Of a DNA stretch of 64,000 nucleotides, positions 9,842 to 19,079 are shown in pieces. The DNA lies in NCBI GenBank assembly GCA_963675785.1, contig OY776562.1:1248001-1312000 (forward strand), given 5' to 3'. The DNA is from Anaerolineae bacterium (GTDB taxonomy: Bacteria > Chloroflexota > Anaerolineae > UBA1429). The notes beneath the pieces were generated by a model. It saw nothing but the letters and a program-made list of their open reading frames with translations, was not told the DNA's origin and made no database searches. Position numbers and translations under genes: made by a program. How positions within the stretch are numbered: position 1 is the stretch's first letter; every line of letters starts with the position of its first letter.

Positions 9842-9859
9842 TTGAACCTTCTCCCGCCT

Positions 9860-10573
9860 TTAAGGCAGTTTCGGTACAACCAACACCTGACCCGGCGTTA
9901 GCGTAAAGGGATCGATGATACCGTTTTGTTCTGCCAGAAACCGCCAGTGCGAAGGATGACCGTATTCCTCGTAAGCGATCTGATCCAGACGATCCCCGGC
10001 CAGCACAACGCGTGTACGGCGTGCCTCAGTTCGCGACGTTGGGTTCTGTCGCCTAGTAAAATCGTCGTTATCGTCGAACTGCTGCAGGCTAACATCGGCC
10101 TGAGCGCGAACTGGCGTGCCATCGGCCAGAAATAGGGTGTACGAAATCTCGACCGACGTAACCACCGCCAGGAACATAAAGAACTTGCCCCACTGCAACT
10201 GCACCCGTGGGGGTGGCAGTCGCTGAGCGATGGGCCCTTGCAGCATAACCAGTTTGAGGAGCTGTTGCGTGTAACCTCGCACATCTTTACTGCCGGTCGT
10301 TTCGCGTGTTGTATCAAAGTAGAGTGTCAGACTGTACTCGGCCGGCTTGCCTCCGCCAAAGTCCAGGTCAGGCGAGTTGCGTGCGGGAACTAGTTTGTCT
10401 GGCGTAGACCAGTCCACCTCTTTTTTGACCTTGACCTCGCTTGGATTGAACTGGCAATCCAAGCTCACATACCTGGCGTCGGATGTGGGTAGCGGATCAC
10501 CATTGGCTTTGACGGTGATCAATTTGGCAGCTACCTGACTAGTAGGCAATTTTGATGCAAAGGGATCTAGCAT
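9860..10573 (-). CDS. Tube initiator with LysM domain (Afp7-like)
   Basis: CQFNPSEV, LYFDT, PPRVQLQWG, LFLADGTPVRA, QNPTS, GDRLDQIAYEEYG...WRFLAEQNGI. Confidence 0.92.
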   Translation of the reverse strand: MLDPFASKLPTSQVAAKLITVKANGDPLPTSDARYVSLDCQFNPSEVKVKKEVDWSTPDKLVPARNSPDLDFGGGKPAEYSLTLYFDTTRETTGSKDVRGYTQQLLKLVMLQGPIAQRLPPPRVQLQWGKFFMFLAVVTSVEISYTLFLADGTPVRAQADVSLQQFDDNDDFTRRQNPTSRTEARRTRVVLAGDRLDQIAYEEYGHPSHWRFLAEQNGIIDPFTLTPGQVLVVPKLP

Positions 10574-10581
10574 TTCTTACC

Positions 10582-13500
10582 TCATCTACCGCCCGGACGG
10601 CGTTCCTTCTCAATGACCAACATCCGCTTCAAGTGTGGATAGACGCGCCGGGCCAGATCTGCATAATCGATCTCTTCTTCAACGGCATCAGCAACAGAAA
10701 CAGCGGCTGCTTTGCGCTGTATGACTTGCTGTGCGGCATGTGCCGGCAATCTGTGAGTTACGCTTCCAGATTTAGGTTCGGAACGTTCCTGATCTTCTTT
10801 GTTGAGCTTGGGCAACCGAACCAGTGGCATGGGTTCTGCCGTTCGCCCGGGGCGAGCGGCGCTTTTTCGCGAGCGTAGGCGATTCGTACTCGCGGTTCTG
10901 CCCCCCAAACCTGGCTTTTCAGAGCCGGTATCTTGCGATATGCTCTTGTGGCGGCCCGTAATACGCTGCACCAGCTCTTCAGTTGGCGAAAAGCTTTCTC
11001 TATCGGGAGTCTCCTTGATGTTGGCAGGAGTCACCATCGCCGATATCTTGTGGGCCTGTTCTCTGGCGCGGCGGCTGGTGCGAGGTACAAATGGAACGGC
11101 GGCCGCTGCTTCTACCTCTTGCCCCCCCGGTCGAGCAACCTTTTCCTTTGGTTGCTCTTGACGGGCCGAATCGGCAACGCTCTTTTCGGATTCAGGATGC
11201 TCTGACGCCCGCGTCAGTGGTGGTTGTGATGCTAACGCCCTATCAGATGGCGTTGTGCTGGCAGACGTAGACTGTGCTGTTGTTGGTGTCTCGCCAGTGC
11301 CTGGTTTGTTCACTTTTGGTATGCCAGGAACCTCGGCGGCACTCTTGGCAGCCTCAATCCGATCCGGAGCAGATGCACTCTCGACCGACGGTGTGGCTTC
11401 CTTGCGCTGAACGGGCTGTTGTTCCGTCGAGCCCACAGGTTCGGGTGCCGTCTGTGGCAGCCATCGCTGCCGACTTGATGGCTTATGCACCAGCGGCAAA
11501 GCTGGTCGAATAGATGAGACGCTCTCCGAAGGTGGCTGCTTTTCAACGAGAGGTGGTGTTTTTTTCTTGGGTGGCAGCAAAAGTTCCTCGCCAACTTGAG
11601 ATGCCGCTGACTTGGGTTCAACTGCCGATTCTGTTGGAGCTTGCTCTGGGGTGCTCTTAGGTGCAGCCTGCGTCGAGTCCTCTGTAGTTGCCTTGCGCTG
11701 AATTGCCAAAGGCATCTCGGAGGAATCTGCTTCGATGGGCGCTTTTTCACTATCGGGAGTAGTTGGCACCGCAGGCCGAATTGCTTTGCCTGGTTGTGCT
11801 GCGTCTATACCAGATTGTGCTGTGCTATCTTCTGATACCTTACGCTGAATGGGGGCATCCGCCATGGACGGCCCTGTACCAGCGGGCTTTGGTGCAGGAA
11901 TTACCGGTTGGGTCATTTCACCTGTTCCTGCAGAATCCGAAGCAGATTGCATCGGAATCTCTTTCGCAGGCTTGCGCTGAATTGGTAAATCAACCGTAGG
12001 CGATTTCGCTGCTGCGTCGCTAGCAGATGGCGTCCGTTGAGTCTCTATTCTGCTAATTGGTGTGCCTGTCCCAGCAGACTCGGGCTGGCTTGCATCTGGA
12101 TGTGATACGTCCGGGCGCGTCTGGCGAAGCGGCATATCTTTATCACCTGCAACAGAGGGAACGTCTGCAGGTGCTTTATCGGCCGGTTCGGCTCGATAGT
12201 CCGCTGATAGCGCAGAAACCGCATCTTTAGCAGGTGTCGCTGTGCGGCGATCCGCCTTGGTAGGTTCTTCAGAAGGGGTGCGATCTGATATGCGAGAACT
12301 CTCGACAGCAGGCTGCTGTTCTGGCGCATCATGCTTTGCTGGTGCAGCCTTGCGCTGAATGACTGTTTCAGCCGCAGCATTCGGCGCCTTATCCGGGACA
12401 GGTATGCTGGCAGGCGCTTCAACCCGACTTGTCGTCGATCGCTCTTGTCTGTCAGATACCGGCGTCTCGCTCTCTTTGGTCAATGTTGGTTGCGCCGACC
12501 GCGATGACACAGGCTCAACGGCAGGAGAGGGCGTTAAAGCGGCTTCATGTGCCGCTGAACGCTCGTCGGCGCGGCTTCTTTTGGCCTGTACTATCGGCAT
12601 ATCCGTTGGTTCAATAGCAGAGGGCTCGGACAAAGCGGCGGGCTTATCCAGCGCAACTGAGCGCTCTGCAGCAGTTTTGCTATCAGTAATGAGCTGCCTG
12701 AGCCGCTTAGGCGCATTAGTAGGCGCCTCAGGAACTATACGAGCCGGTTGCGAGGTTGCTGAATCCTCAGCACGCTTGGGTTCCGTCTCAGCAGGTATCT
12801 CTGCAGACACACGTGACTGTGTAGTCTCAGAAGACTGTCGCGGCGTGTGCAGTGGCAAAGTTTCGGGCATCTCTGAAAAAGGCTCGGCGGGCGTGCCCGA
12901 TATTCTGCTGGACTCTTCTTTGCGCTGTATCGGCTCTTGAGAAACTGGGCTAGCTGGCGGTGACGTAACAGACTGTGAAGCTGTTTGTGTTGGCCTCGCC
13001 GGCGCGGGGGTTGTTTCAGAAGCCGGTACAGCGCGTCGGTCGGGCACAGAATCTCTTGCTGCCAGGGCCGCAGTTTCTCGTGATTGATGCTCTTCTTGCG
13101 CAGACGTCGTGCTAGCATCCCGCGGCATTGGTGCGGGCATTGGTTTTGCGGTAGATGATAGCTCCGTGTCAGCAGCTTCTGTAGGTGCAGGCCTGACTGG
13201 AGATGCCTCGTGTTGCTCGACTCGTCGCTGTACAGACGCGTCGACCTTACGCTGAGCTACATCGGGCTGGCTGGTCGTATCCGCCACCGGCTCGCTTGGC
13301 GTTTGCGGCGTTGCAGTCTTGGGCTTGGCAGGCGCATCATCTTTTACAGAAACCTGCGGCGGAGGTGCAGATGTTTCCCTGCTTGCCCGCGATACAGAAG
13401 ATGCCGCCTCAGAACCAGCGGCTCCTTCCTGCACACGTGAAAACACTCGCGAACCAGGACGGTGTACCGGCCGATGCTGCGCCGCTTGACGTTTTGATCC

Positions 13501-14007
13501 CTGTGGATTTTTCGACATGGGCAGAATAATGGTGCCGGGGCCCATGGCTCCCTGTGTCGAAGACGGTGTGCTTGGGGGAGACGCTACCGGTGGTTCGGCA
13601 TGAGGAAGTGTGCCCCCAACAGGCGGAATGGCTTGCCCGGATGCAAAAATGCTGGGGCCCCGCATTATATTCTCTTGCGAGGGGGCAGCATCCAACGCAC
13701 TCTGCGCCAGTGTGAGGTCTGCCTGACCAGTAGGACGCTGTTGTTCAGCACTCCGTCCCTTGTGCCGCATCCTGACGCGGCGAGCCAGATCATGCGAGTG
13801 TTCTACACGCTGCCTCAAGGCCGCGCTCTTTGCTGAAGAGCGGCGAAGCGGCGAATTCCCTGTACCCACCATCGTACGATCCGCCGCCGTCTGCAATCGG
13901 CGCACGATTTTTTGAGTGGCAGGTGCAGCCAAACCGCCAACATGCTGAAGGGAGCGCGGTTTCCATGGTTTTAGATTGTCAGTGGTGCGCGTCTCGTCGT
14001 CTGCCAT
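10582..14007 (-). CDS. Large Pro/Ser/Ala/Glu-rich disordered CIS protein with QRK repeats and conserved C-terminal helix (possible ruler/cargo)
   Basis: 1141-aa ORF in operon; recurring [IV]QRK; C-terminal DYADLARRVYPHLKRMLVIEKERR. Function is inferred. Confidence 0.7.
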   Translation of the reverse strand: MADDETRTTDNLKPWKPRSLQHVGGLAAPATQKIVRRLQTAADRTMVGTGNSPLRRSSAKSAALRQRVEHSHDLARRVRMRHKGRSAEQQRPTGQADLTLAQSALDAAPSQENIMRGPSIFASGQAIPPVGGTLPHAEPPVASPPSTPSSTQGAMGPGTIILPMSKNPQGSKRQAAQHRPVHRPGSRVFSRVQEGAAGSEAASSVSRASRETSAPPPQVSVKDDAPAKPKTATPQTPSEPVADTTSQPDVAQRKVDASVQRRVEQHEASPVRPAPTEAADTELSSTAKPMPAPMPRDASTTSAQEEHQSRETAALAARDSVPDRRAVPASETTPAPARPTQTASQSVTSPPASPVSQEPIQRKEESSRISGTPAEPFSEMPETLPLHTPRQSSETTQSRVSAEIPAETEPKRAEDSATSQPARIVPEAPTNAPKRLRQLITDSKTAAERSVALDKPAALSEPSAIEPTDMPIVQAKRSRADERSAAHEAALTPSPAVEPVSSRSAQPTLTKESETPVSDRQERSTTSRVEAPASIPVPDKAPNAAAETVIQRKAAPAKHDAPEQQPAVESSRISDRTPSEEPTKADRRTATPAKDAVSALSADYRAEPADKAPADVPSVAGDKDMPLRQTRPDVSHPDASQPESAGTGTPISRIETQRTPSASDAAAKSPTVDLPIQRKPAKEIPMQSASDSAGTGEMTQPVIPAPKPAGTGPSMADAPIQRKVSEDSTAQSGIDAAQPGKAIRPAVPTTPDSEKAPIEADSSEMPLAIQRKATTEDSTQAAPKSTPEQAPTESAVEPKSAASQVGEELLLPPKKKTPPLVEKQPPSESVSSIRPALPLVHKPSSRQRWLPQTAPEPVGSTEQQPVQRKEATPSVESASAPDRIEAAKSAAEVPGIPKVNKPGTGETPTTAQSTSASTTPSDRALASQPPLTRASEHPESEKSVADSARQEQPKEKVARPGGQEVEAAAAVPFVPRTSRRAREQAHKISAMVTPANIKETPDRESFSPTEELVQRITGRHKSISQDTGSEKPGLGGRTASTNRLRSRKSAARPGRTAEPMPLVRLPKLNKEDQERSEPKSGSVTHRLPAHAAQQVIQRKAAAVSVADAVEEEIDYADLARRVYPHLKRMLVIEKERRPGGR

Positions 14008-14026
14008 GTTCTACTATCATCTCGAG

Positions 14027-14722
14027 CTACATGAACAAATCTGTAGCGCCTGCTGTCAAACTCATGGGTGTACCCGCCTCATAGCTCAGCGTTATGCCAT
14101 GATGTGCGATTTCGAGGGTCTCGATGGCCACGGCCTCACGCTCGGACGAACTGAGGGCAGACATCTCCCATTTAATGGGATAGGCATCCTCCACGTCCCA
14201 ATGCTTGGCTTTGCCATACCCCTTGACGTATCCCCCCAAGGCTCCCCCCGAGACAGCGTTGATCGCTGCCGCAGCGGCATTATGCCCAGGAGCCCCCTGG
14301 ATAATGGAAAAGTTGAGACGTTTGACGTCGAACTCATCCACGCCAGTCTGAAACCAATCCCACAGCACGCGCGATACAGATACCCCGCGAGAAAGGGTGA
14401 TGTTCGAATAGGTGACGCGGCCTGGTAATTTGGTAAGATTCTGATTCTGGCCGCCAACGGTAATTTCTTGAACGTCACGCGAGACACTGAGCCCACTGCA
14501 CTCGGTAAAGAGCCCGACGATTAGGCCGGAGAGCTCGACATAGAATAGGTAGGCCGGTGCAGGATCCAGGCGGATGCCCGTTGCAGCCTGCAACACACGC
14601 AGAGCAGCTAATCCAGCTGAACTCGTCGCGGAAGCGGCCAGGCTATCCAATAGTGAAGCACTCTTCTTTTGCGTGGGCCCGTTTTTGGCCTGTATCTGCT
14701 TGTCAATCAGTCCTAAACTCAC
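14027..14722 (-). CDS. Tail tube-like protein 3 (gp19 family, Afp5-like) with extensions
   Basis: DPAPAYLFYVEL...FTECSGL...KLPGRVTYSNITLSRG...AYPIKW...VAIETLEIAHHG; GTG start. Confidence 0.9.
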   Translation of the reverse strand: MSLGLIDKQIQAKNGPTQKKSASLLDSLAASATSSAGLAALRVLQAATGIRLDPAPAYLFYVELSGLIVGLFTECSGLSVSRDVQEITVGGQNQNLTKLPGRVTYSNITLSRGVSVSRVLWDWFQTGVDEFDVKRLNFSIIQGAPGHNAAAAAINAVSGGALGGYVKGYGKAKHWDVEDAYPIKWEMSALSSSEREAVAIETLEIAHHGITLSYEAGTPMSLTAGATDLFM

Positions 14723-14723
14723 G

Positions 14724-14915
14724 TTATTTCTCCTGCGTGCCTCTTACGGCGCCGCGTTCGCGCTCTTGCAACGCTTCTGCCACCATTAGCTGATAGAGCT
14801 CGTCGGCCAAACGATCCAAATCAACGCCATCCAATTCCGGTTGTGATTCCAGAATACGTCCCTGGCGATTGACACGATCGGCTGTCAAGGGAACCTTGTC
14901 TGTTGTCTCACTCAT
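14724..14915 (-). CDS. Small CIS protein resembling the C-terminal helix of the 1141-aa protein
   Basis: VDLDRLADELYQLMVAEALQERER; tightly packed in the operon. Confidence 0.7.
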   Translation of the reverse strand: MSETTDKVPLTADRVNRQGRILESQPELDGVDLDRLADELYQLMVAEALQERERGAVRGTQEK

Positions 14916-14937
14916 CGTTGGCCAATCCAGTTAACCA

Positions 14938-15102
14938 TCAGCTTGTGCCAGCATTTAGCCTGCGGTTGATCTTGGCGATCTCTTCCACCCATCTGCGCCG
15001 CTGCCGGTGTTCGAGCGTAAGAATATCCATGAGCGGCCAGTGAAAGTAATAAGCGATATAGGCTACCTCTTCGTGCAGGCGTTCTAGGGGGTAGCCTGTC
15101 AT
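14938..15102 (-). CDS. DUF6760-like small protein (gpE'-like partner of the tail chaperone; not in ORF track)
   Basis: Manual translation MTGYPLERLHEEVAYIAYYFHWPLMDILTLEHRQRRRWVEEIAKINRRLNAGTS*; ATGA overlap with the chaperone stop. Confidence 0.88.
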   Translation of the reverse strand: MTGYPLERLHEEVAYIAYYFHWPLMDILTLEHRQRRRWVEEIAKINRRLNAGTS

Positions 15103-15467
15103 TCCCCCGATGATTCGGCAAGATCAATTTCTACTTGGCCTCCACAATGGGGGCATTTGACGATTCGAAGCGTACTTCCGCTCTCATTGATCTGCTGGTA
15201 AAACTCTTGTAGATAGGCGAGATCGGCAGCGAAAAGTCCTTCGATGACGCCGGTATTGATCTGCTGCAAGGTGCCCAGCCTGGTAATCACCCGCGCCAGG
15301 AGGACGATGACGAGATAAGCCTCGTTCGCCTGTACACGCATGTCGTTCAGCGGTGTGATCTCATCCAGGGCTGTGGCCAGGCGCATTGCGCCTCTTTTGT
15401 GAACATTGCCCTCGCGATCTACGAAACCGACCGGAAGGGTGAACTCGAACTCTGTTTGCAAACTCAT
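15099..15467 (-). CDS. Tail assembly chaperone (gp41/gpE-like)
   Basis: TEFEFTLPVGFVD..G..H..G.MRLATALDE, LLARVITRLG, LFAADLAYLQEFY, CPHCG. Confidence 0.9.
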   Translation of the reverse strand: MSLQTEFEFTLPVGFVDREGNVHKRGAMRLATALDEITPLNDMRVQANEAYLVIVLLARVITRLGTLQQINTGVIEGLFAADLAYLQEFYQQINESGSTLRIVKCPHCGGQVEIDLAESSGE

Positions 15468-15488
15468 CGTGTGGTCTCCAGCCCAATA

Positions 15489-15959
15489 TTAGATGCGCTC
15501 AAGCTCAATACTCTCGGCTTGCAAGGTAAGTGTCACCGAGGCTAACTGAATTGAGCTTCCCTGAACCTGCTCAAAGCTAAAACCCGAAATCGCCGAAGGC
15601 CAGGCATCGAAAAAGTTCCAGCGCAACACGGCATTACCGTTCTTGCGCATCTCGATGGTCCCATTTCGACGTGACAGAATGGTATCACCTGCACTGGCCT
15701 GCTGAAACCATGTATAAAGCTCTTCATAGTTGGCATAGCCACCTGACAGCTCGATGGCGGAATAGCTCGTCACCCCCGGGATAATCAGGTCAGTGCCCAG
15801 GCCGCTTTCATAGGTTACTGGGTGTTTGATCGTCGTAATCGACATCTCACCGCCCGATACCGAATCAAAGCCACCGGTCAGTTTGCCGTCGACATAGAGA
15901 TAATAGTCGCACTGCAGCAAGGCATTCAGCAGTACCTGTTTGTCATCGGAACTAGCCAT
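15489..15959 (-). CDS. Tail tube-like protein 2 (divergent gp19 family)
   Basis: GGFDSVSGGE...IIPGVTSYSAIELSGG...RRNGTI...RWNFFDAWPS. Confidence 0.85.
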   Translation of the reverse strand: MASSDDKQVLLNALLQCDYYLYVDGKLTGGFDSVSGGEMSITTIKHPVTYESGLGTDLIIPGVTSYSAIELSGGYANYEELYTWFQQASAGDTILSRRNGTIEMRKNGNAVLRWNFFDAWPSAISGFSFEQVQGSSIQLASVTLTLQAESIELERI

Positions 15960-15979
15960 AATCTAGTGCCTCCGGTGCG

Positions 15980-16015
15980 CCAGCTGGCACCGCCCAAAAC
16001 CACGGTGCCAGCCGG
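15980..16015 (-). other. GC-rich intergenic stem-loop after the major tube gene
   Basis: CCAGCTGGCACCG-N10-CGGTGCCAGCCGG, 13-bp stem; no U-tract on the coding strand. Confidence 0.7.
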
Positions 16016-16027
16016 TTTGGTCAATCA

Positions 16028-16474
16028 TTAGGAAACGCGGGTCATGCCCTCATGGACGATGGTCACTTCTTCGACCATATAGTCCTGACTGGCCGAATCC
16101 ATCTGCGGACCGGTCACCTTGCTGGGCCAAGAGCTCTCTAGGTTCCAGCGGGCGATCTCTTCGTTGGCCTGGTTGTAGGCAACCACAGAACAGTTCGTGC
16201 GGGCTTCTTCAACTGCACCGTCTACGATCTGCTGACGCCATTCCCAGATATCGATCGTGCTGGTGACGCCGCGCTTGAGCACGACATCGGTCCAGGCCAT
16301 ACGACCGGGAATCTTTTGGATGATTGTCTCACCCGTCTCAGGATTGACGATCTTGTGCTCTACAACTTCGCTCTCGGAGCCAATTCCCTCGACCGAGGTG
16401 AAAAAGCCCGACAACTTGCCTTCGATTTCGAGGCCAAATTTAAATGCTACAAGCGGATCTTCTCTTTCTGGCAT
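16028..16474 (-). CDS. Major tail tube protein (gp19, Afp1-like)
   Basis: REDPLVAFKFGLEIEG...F..VEG...KIPGR...LKRG...RWNL..SWPSK...EEVTIVHEG. Confidence 0.95.
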   Translation of the reverse strand: MPEREDPLVAFKFGLEIEGKLSGFFTSVEGIGSESEVVEHKIVNPETGETIIQKIPGRMAWTDVVLKRGVTSTIDIWEWRQQIVDGAVEEARTNCSVVAYNQANEEIARWNLESSWPSKVTGPQMDSASQDYMVEEVTIVHEGMTRVS

Positions 16475-16512
16475 GGTTCTAATCCTCCAAGGACCTGTGT
16501 CTTAACTCGGGC

Positions 16513-18171
16513 TTATTCGGCTCCAGGGCCTGCCCACTGGCTAATACGGAAGATAACGAACTCGGCTGGCTTGACAGGGCACATTCCGATCTCGATGATC
16601 AGTTGGCCAAGATCGCGTGTTTCAGGCGGGTTGAGCTCGTCGTCGCATCGGACATAGAACGCCTCTGTAGGTGAACTACCAAAGAGTGCACCCGAGCGCC
16701 ACACTGTCTTGAGGAAGGCATTGATATCGCGACGCACACGAGCCCACAGCTTGCGGTCGTTCGGTTCAAAGACTACCCACTGTGTGCCGCCCTCGATGGA
16801 TGTTTCGACATAGTTGAACAAACGGCGTACGTTGATATAGCGCCATGAAGGATCACTGGAGAGTGTACGTGCGCCCCAAACTCGGATACCTGCACCCGGG
16901 AAGGCGCGAATGCAGTTGATGCCATTCGGGTTGAGGGTATCCTGCTCACCCTTTGTGGTCTGGTAAGCCAGGCCGGTTGCACCCATCACTACTTCGTTGG
17001 CCGGAGCCTTGTGAACACCGCGGGTGTTGTCCGTGCGGGCCCAAAGACCAGCTAGATAACCCGAGGGCGGGCAGTAGATAGACTTGTCTGTAGCCAAGTC
17101 CATAACCTGAATCCAGGGGTAGTACATGGTTGCGTAGCTGCTGTCAAAGCCGGTTACGTTCATGCGCCAATCTTTGACTTCCATCGGCGTGAGATCAGGC
17201 GGCGTATCCAGAACTGCCACGCGATTGCCTAGACGCTCACAATGCGCAATGATGGCTGTCTGAACTGCCTTGACCATTCCCAGATCCAATTTGCCGCCAG
17301 CTGGTGGGGTCATCAGGTCGGGCACACATACAATGGTAACGTCGTCGAGTACCTCAAGGCCCTCAACGCCGCTACGGGCCATCACATCGCCCTGAAACTC
17401 GGAAGCGCTAGGCGCCGGAAGCTGCGCAGGGGCAATTCTTAGCGACTGCTCTTGGACCTTGGGCCACAAAGAAACCAGATCGGCCTTTTCTGTAGCGATC
17501 AAGAGATCGATGAGGGATGGGCCCCTATTGTTCTTGTAGGCCACTTTGACCGTGGGGCCAGTCTCGACCTCGACCTCTTGAAGCGTGACGCCTTCAAAAG
17601 TCTCGATAGGACGATAGCCGCCATCGGCCGTCTCTTTTTCCACGATCAGCTTGAATGTAGCATCGCCGCCCACTTCTTCTTCGGGCTTTTTGGCATCACC
17701 CTCGGCAGGCTTGCCTGCTGTAGCAGGTTTCTTGGCTGCGCCGGGGTTTCCGACTACATCCTCAACGCGAACGCGCAGTTTGCCACCCTCAAGACCCGCC
17801 TGCGCTGAACGAACCAGCAAGCCTGGCTTGCCAGCCGTGTTGAGCAGGGATACCTCGGCGGTAGGCATAGTGCGGACGCTCACCACGTAACAGCGTGACC
17901 CTCCATTCTGGAAGAAACCATAGATGGATTGCGGTAGATAGGCACCCGGCACGAAACCGCCAAAACGCTGCACATACTGCGACCAGTTGGTCACTAGCTG
18001 TGGTTTGTTCAGCAGGTTTTCGGTGACGACTTCACCATCCACCACTCGAACGAGTTCGGCTTTTTCGGTAAAACCGACAAACGCCGCGGTCGATGTGCCA
18101 GCGCCCTCAATAGGCTTGGGTCCGGCGTCGACCTCTTCTACATAGACTCCCGGTGATAGATACTCTGGCAC
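16513..18171 (-). CDS. Contractile tail sheath protein
   Basis: MPEYLSPGVYVEEV, YYPWI, RGVHKAPANE, LNPNGINCIR, WGARTL, WRYINVRRL, WVVFEPND, PVKPAEFVIFRI; GAGGAGG RBS. Confidence 0.97.
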   Translation of the reverse strand: MPEYLSPGVYVEEVDAGPKPIEGAGTSTAAFVGFTEKAELVRVVDGEVVTENLLNKPQLVTNWSQYVQRFGGFVPGAYLPQSIYGFFQNGGSRCYVVSVRTMPTAEVSLLNTAGKPGLLVRSAQAGLEGGKLRVRVEDVVGNPGAAKKPATAGKPAEGDAKKPEEEVGGDATFKLIVEKETADGGYRPIETFEGVTLQEVEVETGPTVKVAYKNNRGPSLIDLLIATEKADLVSLWPKVQEQSLRIAPAQLPAPSASEFQGDVMARSGVEGLEVLDDVTIVCVPDLMTPPAGGKLDLGMVKAVQTAIIAHCERLGNRVAVLDTPPDLTPMEVKDWRMNVTGFDSSYATMYYPWIQVMDLATDKSIYCPPSGYLAGLWARTDNTRGVHKAPANEVVMGATGLAYQTTKGEQDTLNPNGINCIRAFPGAGIRVWGARTLSSDPSWRYINVRRLFNYVETSIEGGTQWVVFEPNDRKLWARVRRDINAFLKTVWRSGALFGSSPTEAFYVRCDDELNPPETRDLGQLIIEIGMCPVKPAEFVIFRISQWAGPGAE

Positions 18172-18237
18172 GAGACCCTCCTCATGATCTCACGCGAACT
18201 TGGCCGTCATACGTTTATGAACGACCCTTAGACGCTG

Positions 18238-19056
18238 CTAGATTTGTATGGTAACATCGGGACCAGGAACCTCGGCACGCGAGGAAGCGATGACTTGGTC
18301 ATCACGTACTACCTCGAGTTCCACGGCTCCGGCCCGTAGTCCCCCGATCGCAAAACGTCCTTCTACCAGATCACTCGCTACTCCTGTGCGAGCGTCGCGG
18401 ACGATAATCCCTTGTTCCTCTTTGATTCCTGTTACAGTCCCGCCAAGTGTCCAGAATACATCGGGCTGCGTAGCAACCTCGTCCATACGTCGAAACAGTA
18501 TTTCGCGAGAACGAACCAGCGGCGCAGTAAGCGGTTTGTAAGGATCGAGTGCTATAGTCACAGTGAGCGATATGGCGGGGCGCGCCTCGTTATCCAAGGC
18601 ATTCCAGATACGCGAATGTTCACCTAAATGCGCTGGCCCCACGCTCTGAGCCACCTGTAGCGGAATAGGATTCTTTTGATCACTCAATGAAGGCGGAAGC
18701 AATTCCTCTGGCAAAGAAGGGGCTCGCATCAATACCATCAAGGCCCGAGCGAGCAGTGTATGCTCGTCCTCAGGATCATTGGCCCAAGCAGTAACCAGAT
18801 AATGCAAATCCACGCGGGCCGGCGAGCGCCGCATGACTGCCGTGCCGTCATCGCGTTTTTCCGTATACCACACCTCAGAATGGCGCAGGCGAACATTCTC
18901 TTCGATGCCATAGAGAAAAATGTTCAGTGTTGGGCGAGAGAGACGCCCCGACCATTCTCTCACCGGCTGGTGAAAGTCCAGGTCGATCTCATTCTTTTTG
19001 ATGGGCATGTCACGTCTGAGCAATTCAGCGATGACTTCATCTACATCTCGAAACAC
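18238..19056 (-). CDS. DUF4255 / Pvc16-Afp16-like tail terminator (cap)
   Basis: PTLNIFLYGIEENVRLR, LHYLVTAW...EDEHTLL, IWNAL...RPAISL.VT. Confidence 0.9.
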   Translation of the reverse strand: MFRDVDEVIAELLRRDMPIKKNEIDLDFHQPVREWSGRLSRPTLNIFLYGIEENVRLRHSEVWYTEKRDDGTAVMRRSPARVDLHYLVTAWANDPEDEHTLLARALMVLMRAPSLPEELLPPSLSDQKNPIPLQVAQSVGPAHLGEHSRIWNALDNEARPAISLTVTIALDPYKPLTAPLVRSREILFRRMDEVATQPDVFWTLGGTVTGIKEEQGIIVRDARTGVASDLVEGRFAIGGLRAGAVELEVVRDDQVIASSRAEVPGPDVTIQI

Positions 19057-19079
19057 AGTCTGCTCCCAGGTCTATGGGT

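Noticed and set aside
14912-15127. 71-aa ORF from the track
   Set aside because: Wrong frame; the recognisable DUF6760-like protein is at 14938-15102.
4163-18171. Prophage or T6SS
   Set aside because: No capsid, terminase, integrase, TssJLM, TssK or ClpV seen; DUF4255, DUF4157 and the Afp15-like ATPase indicate a CIS.
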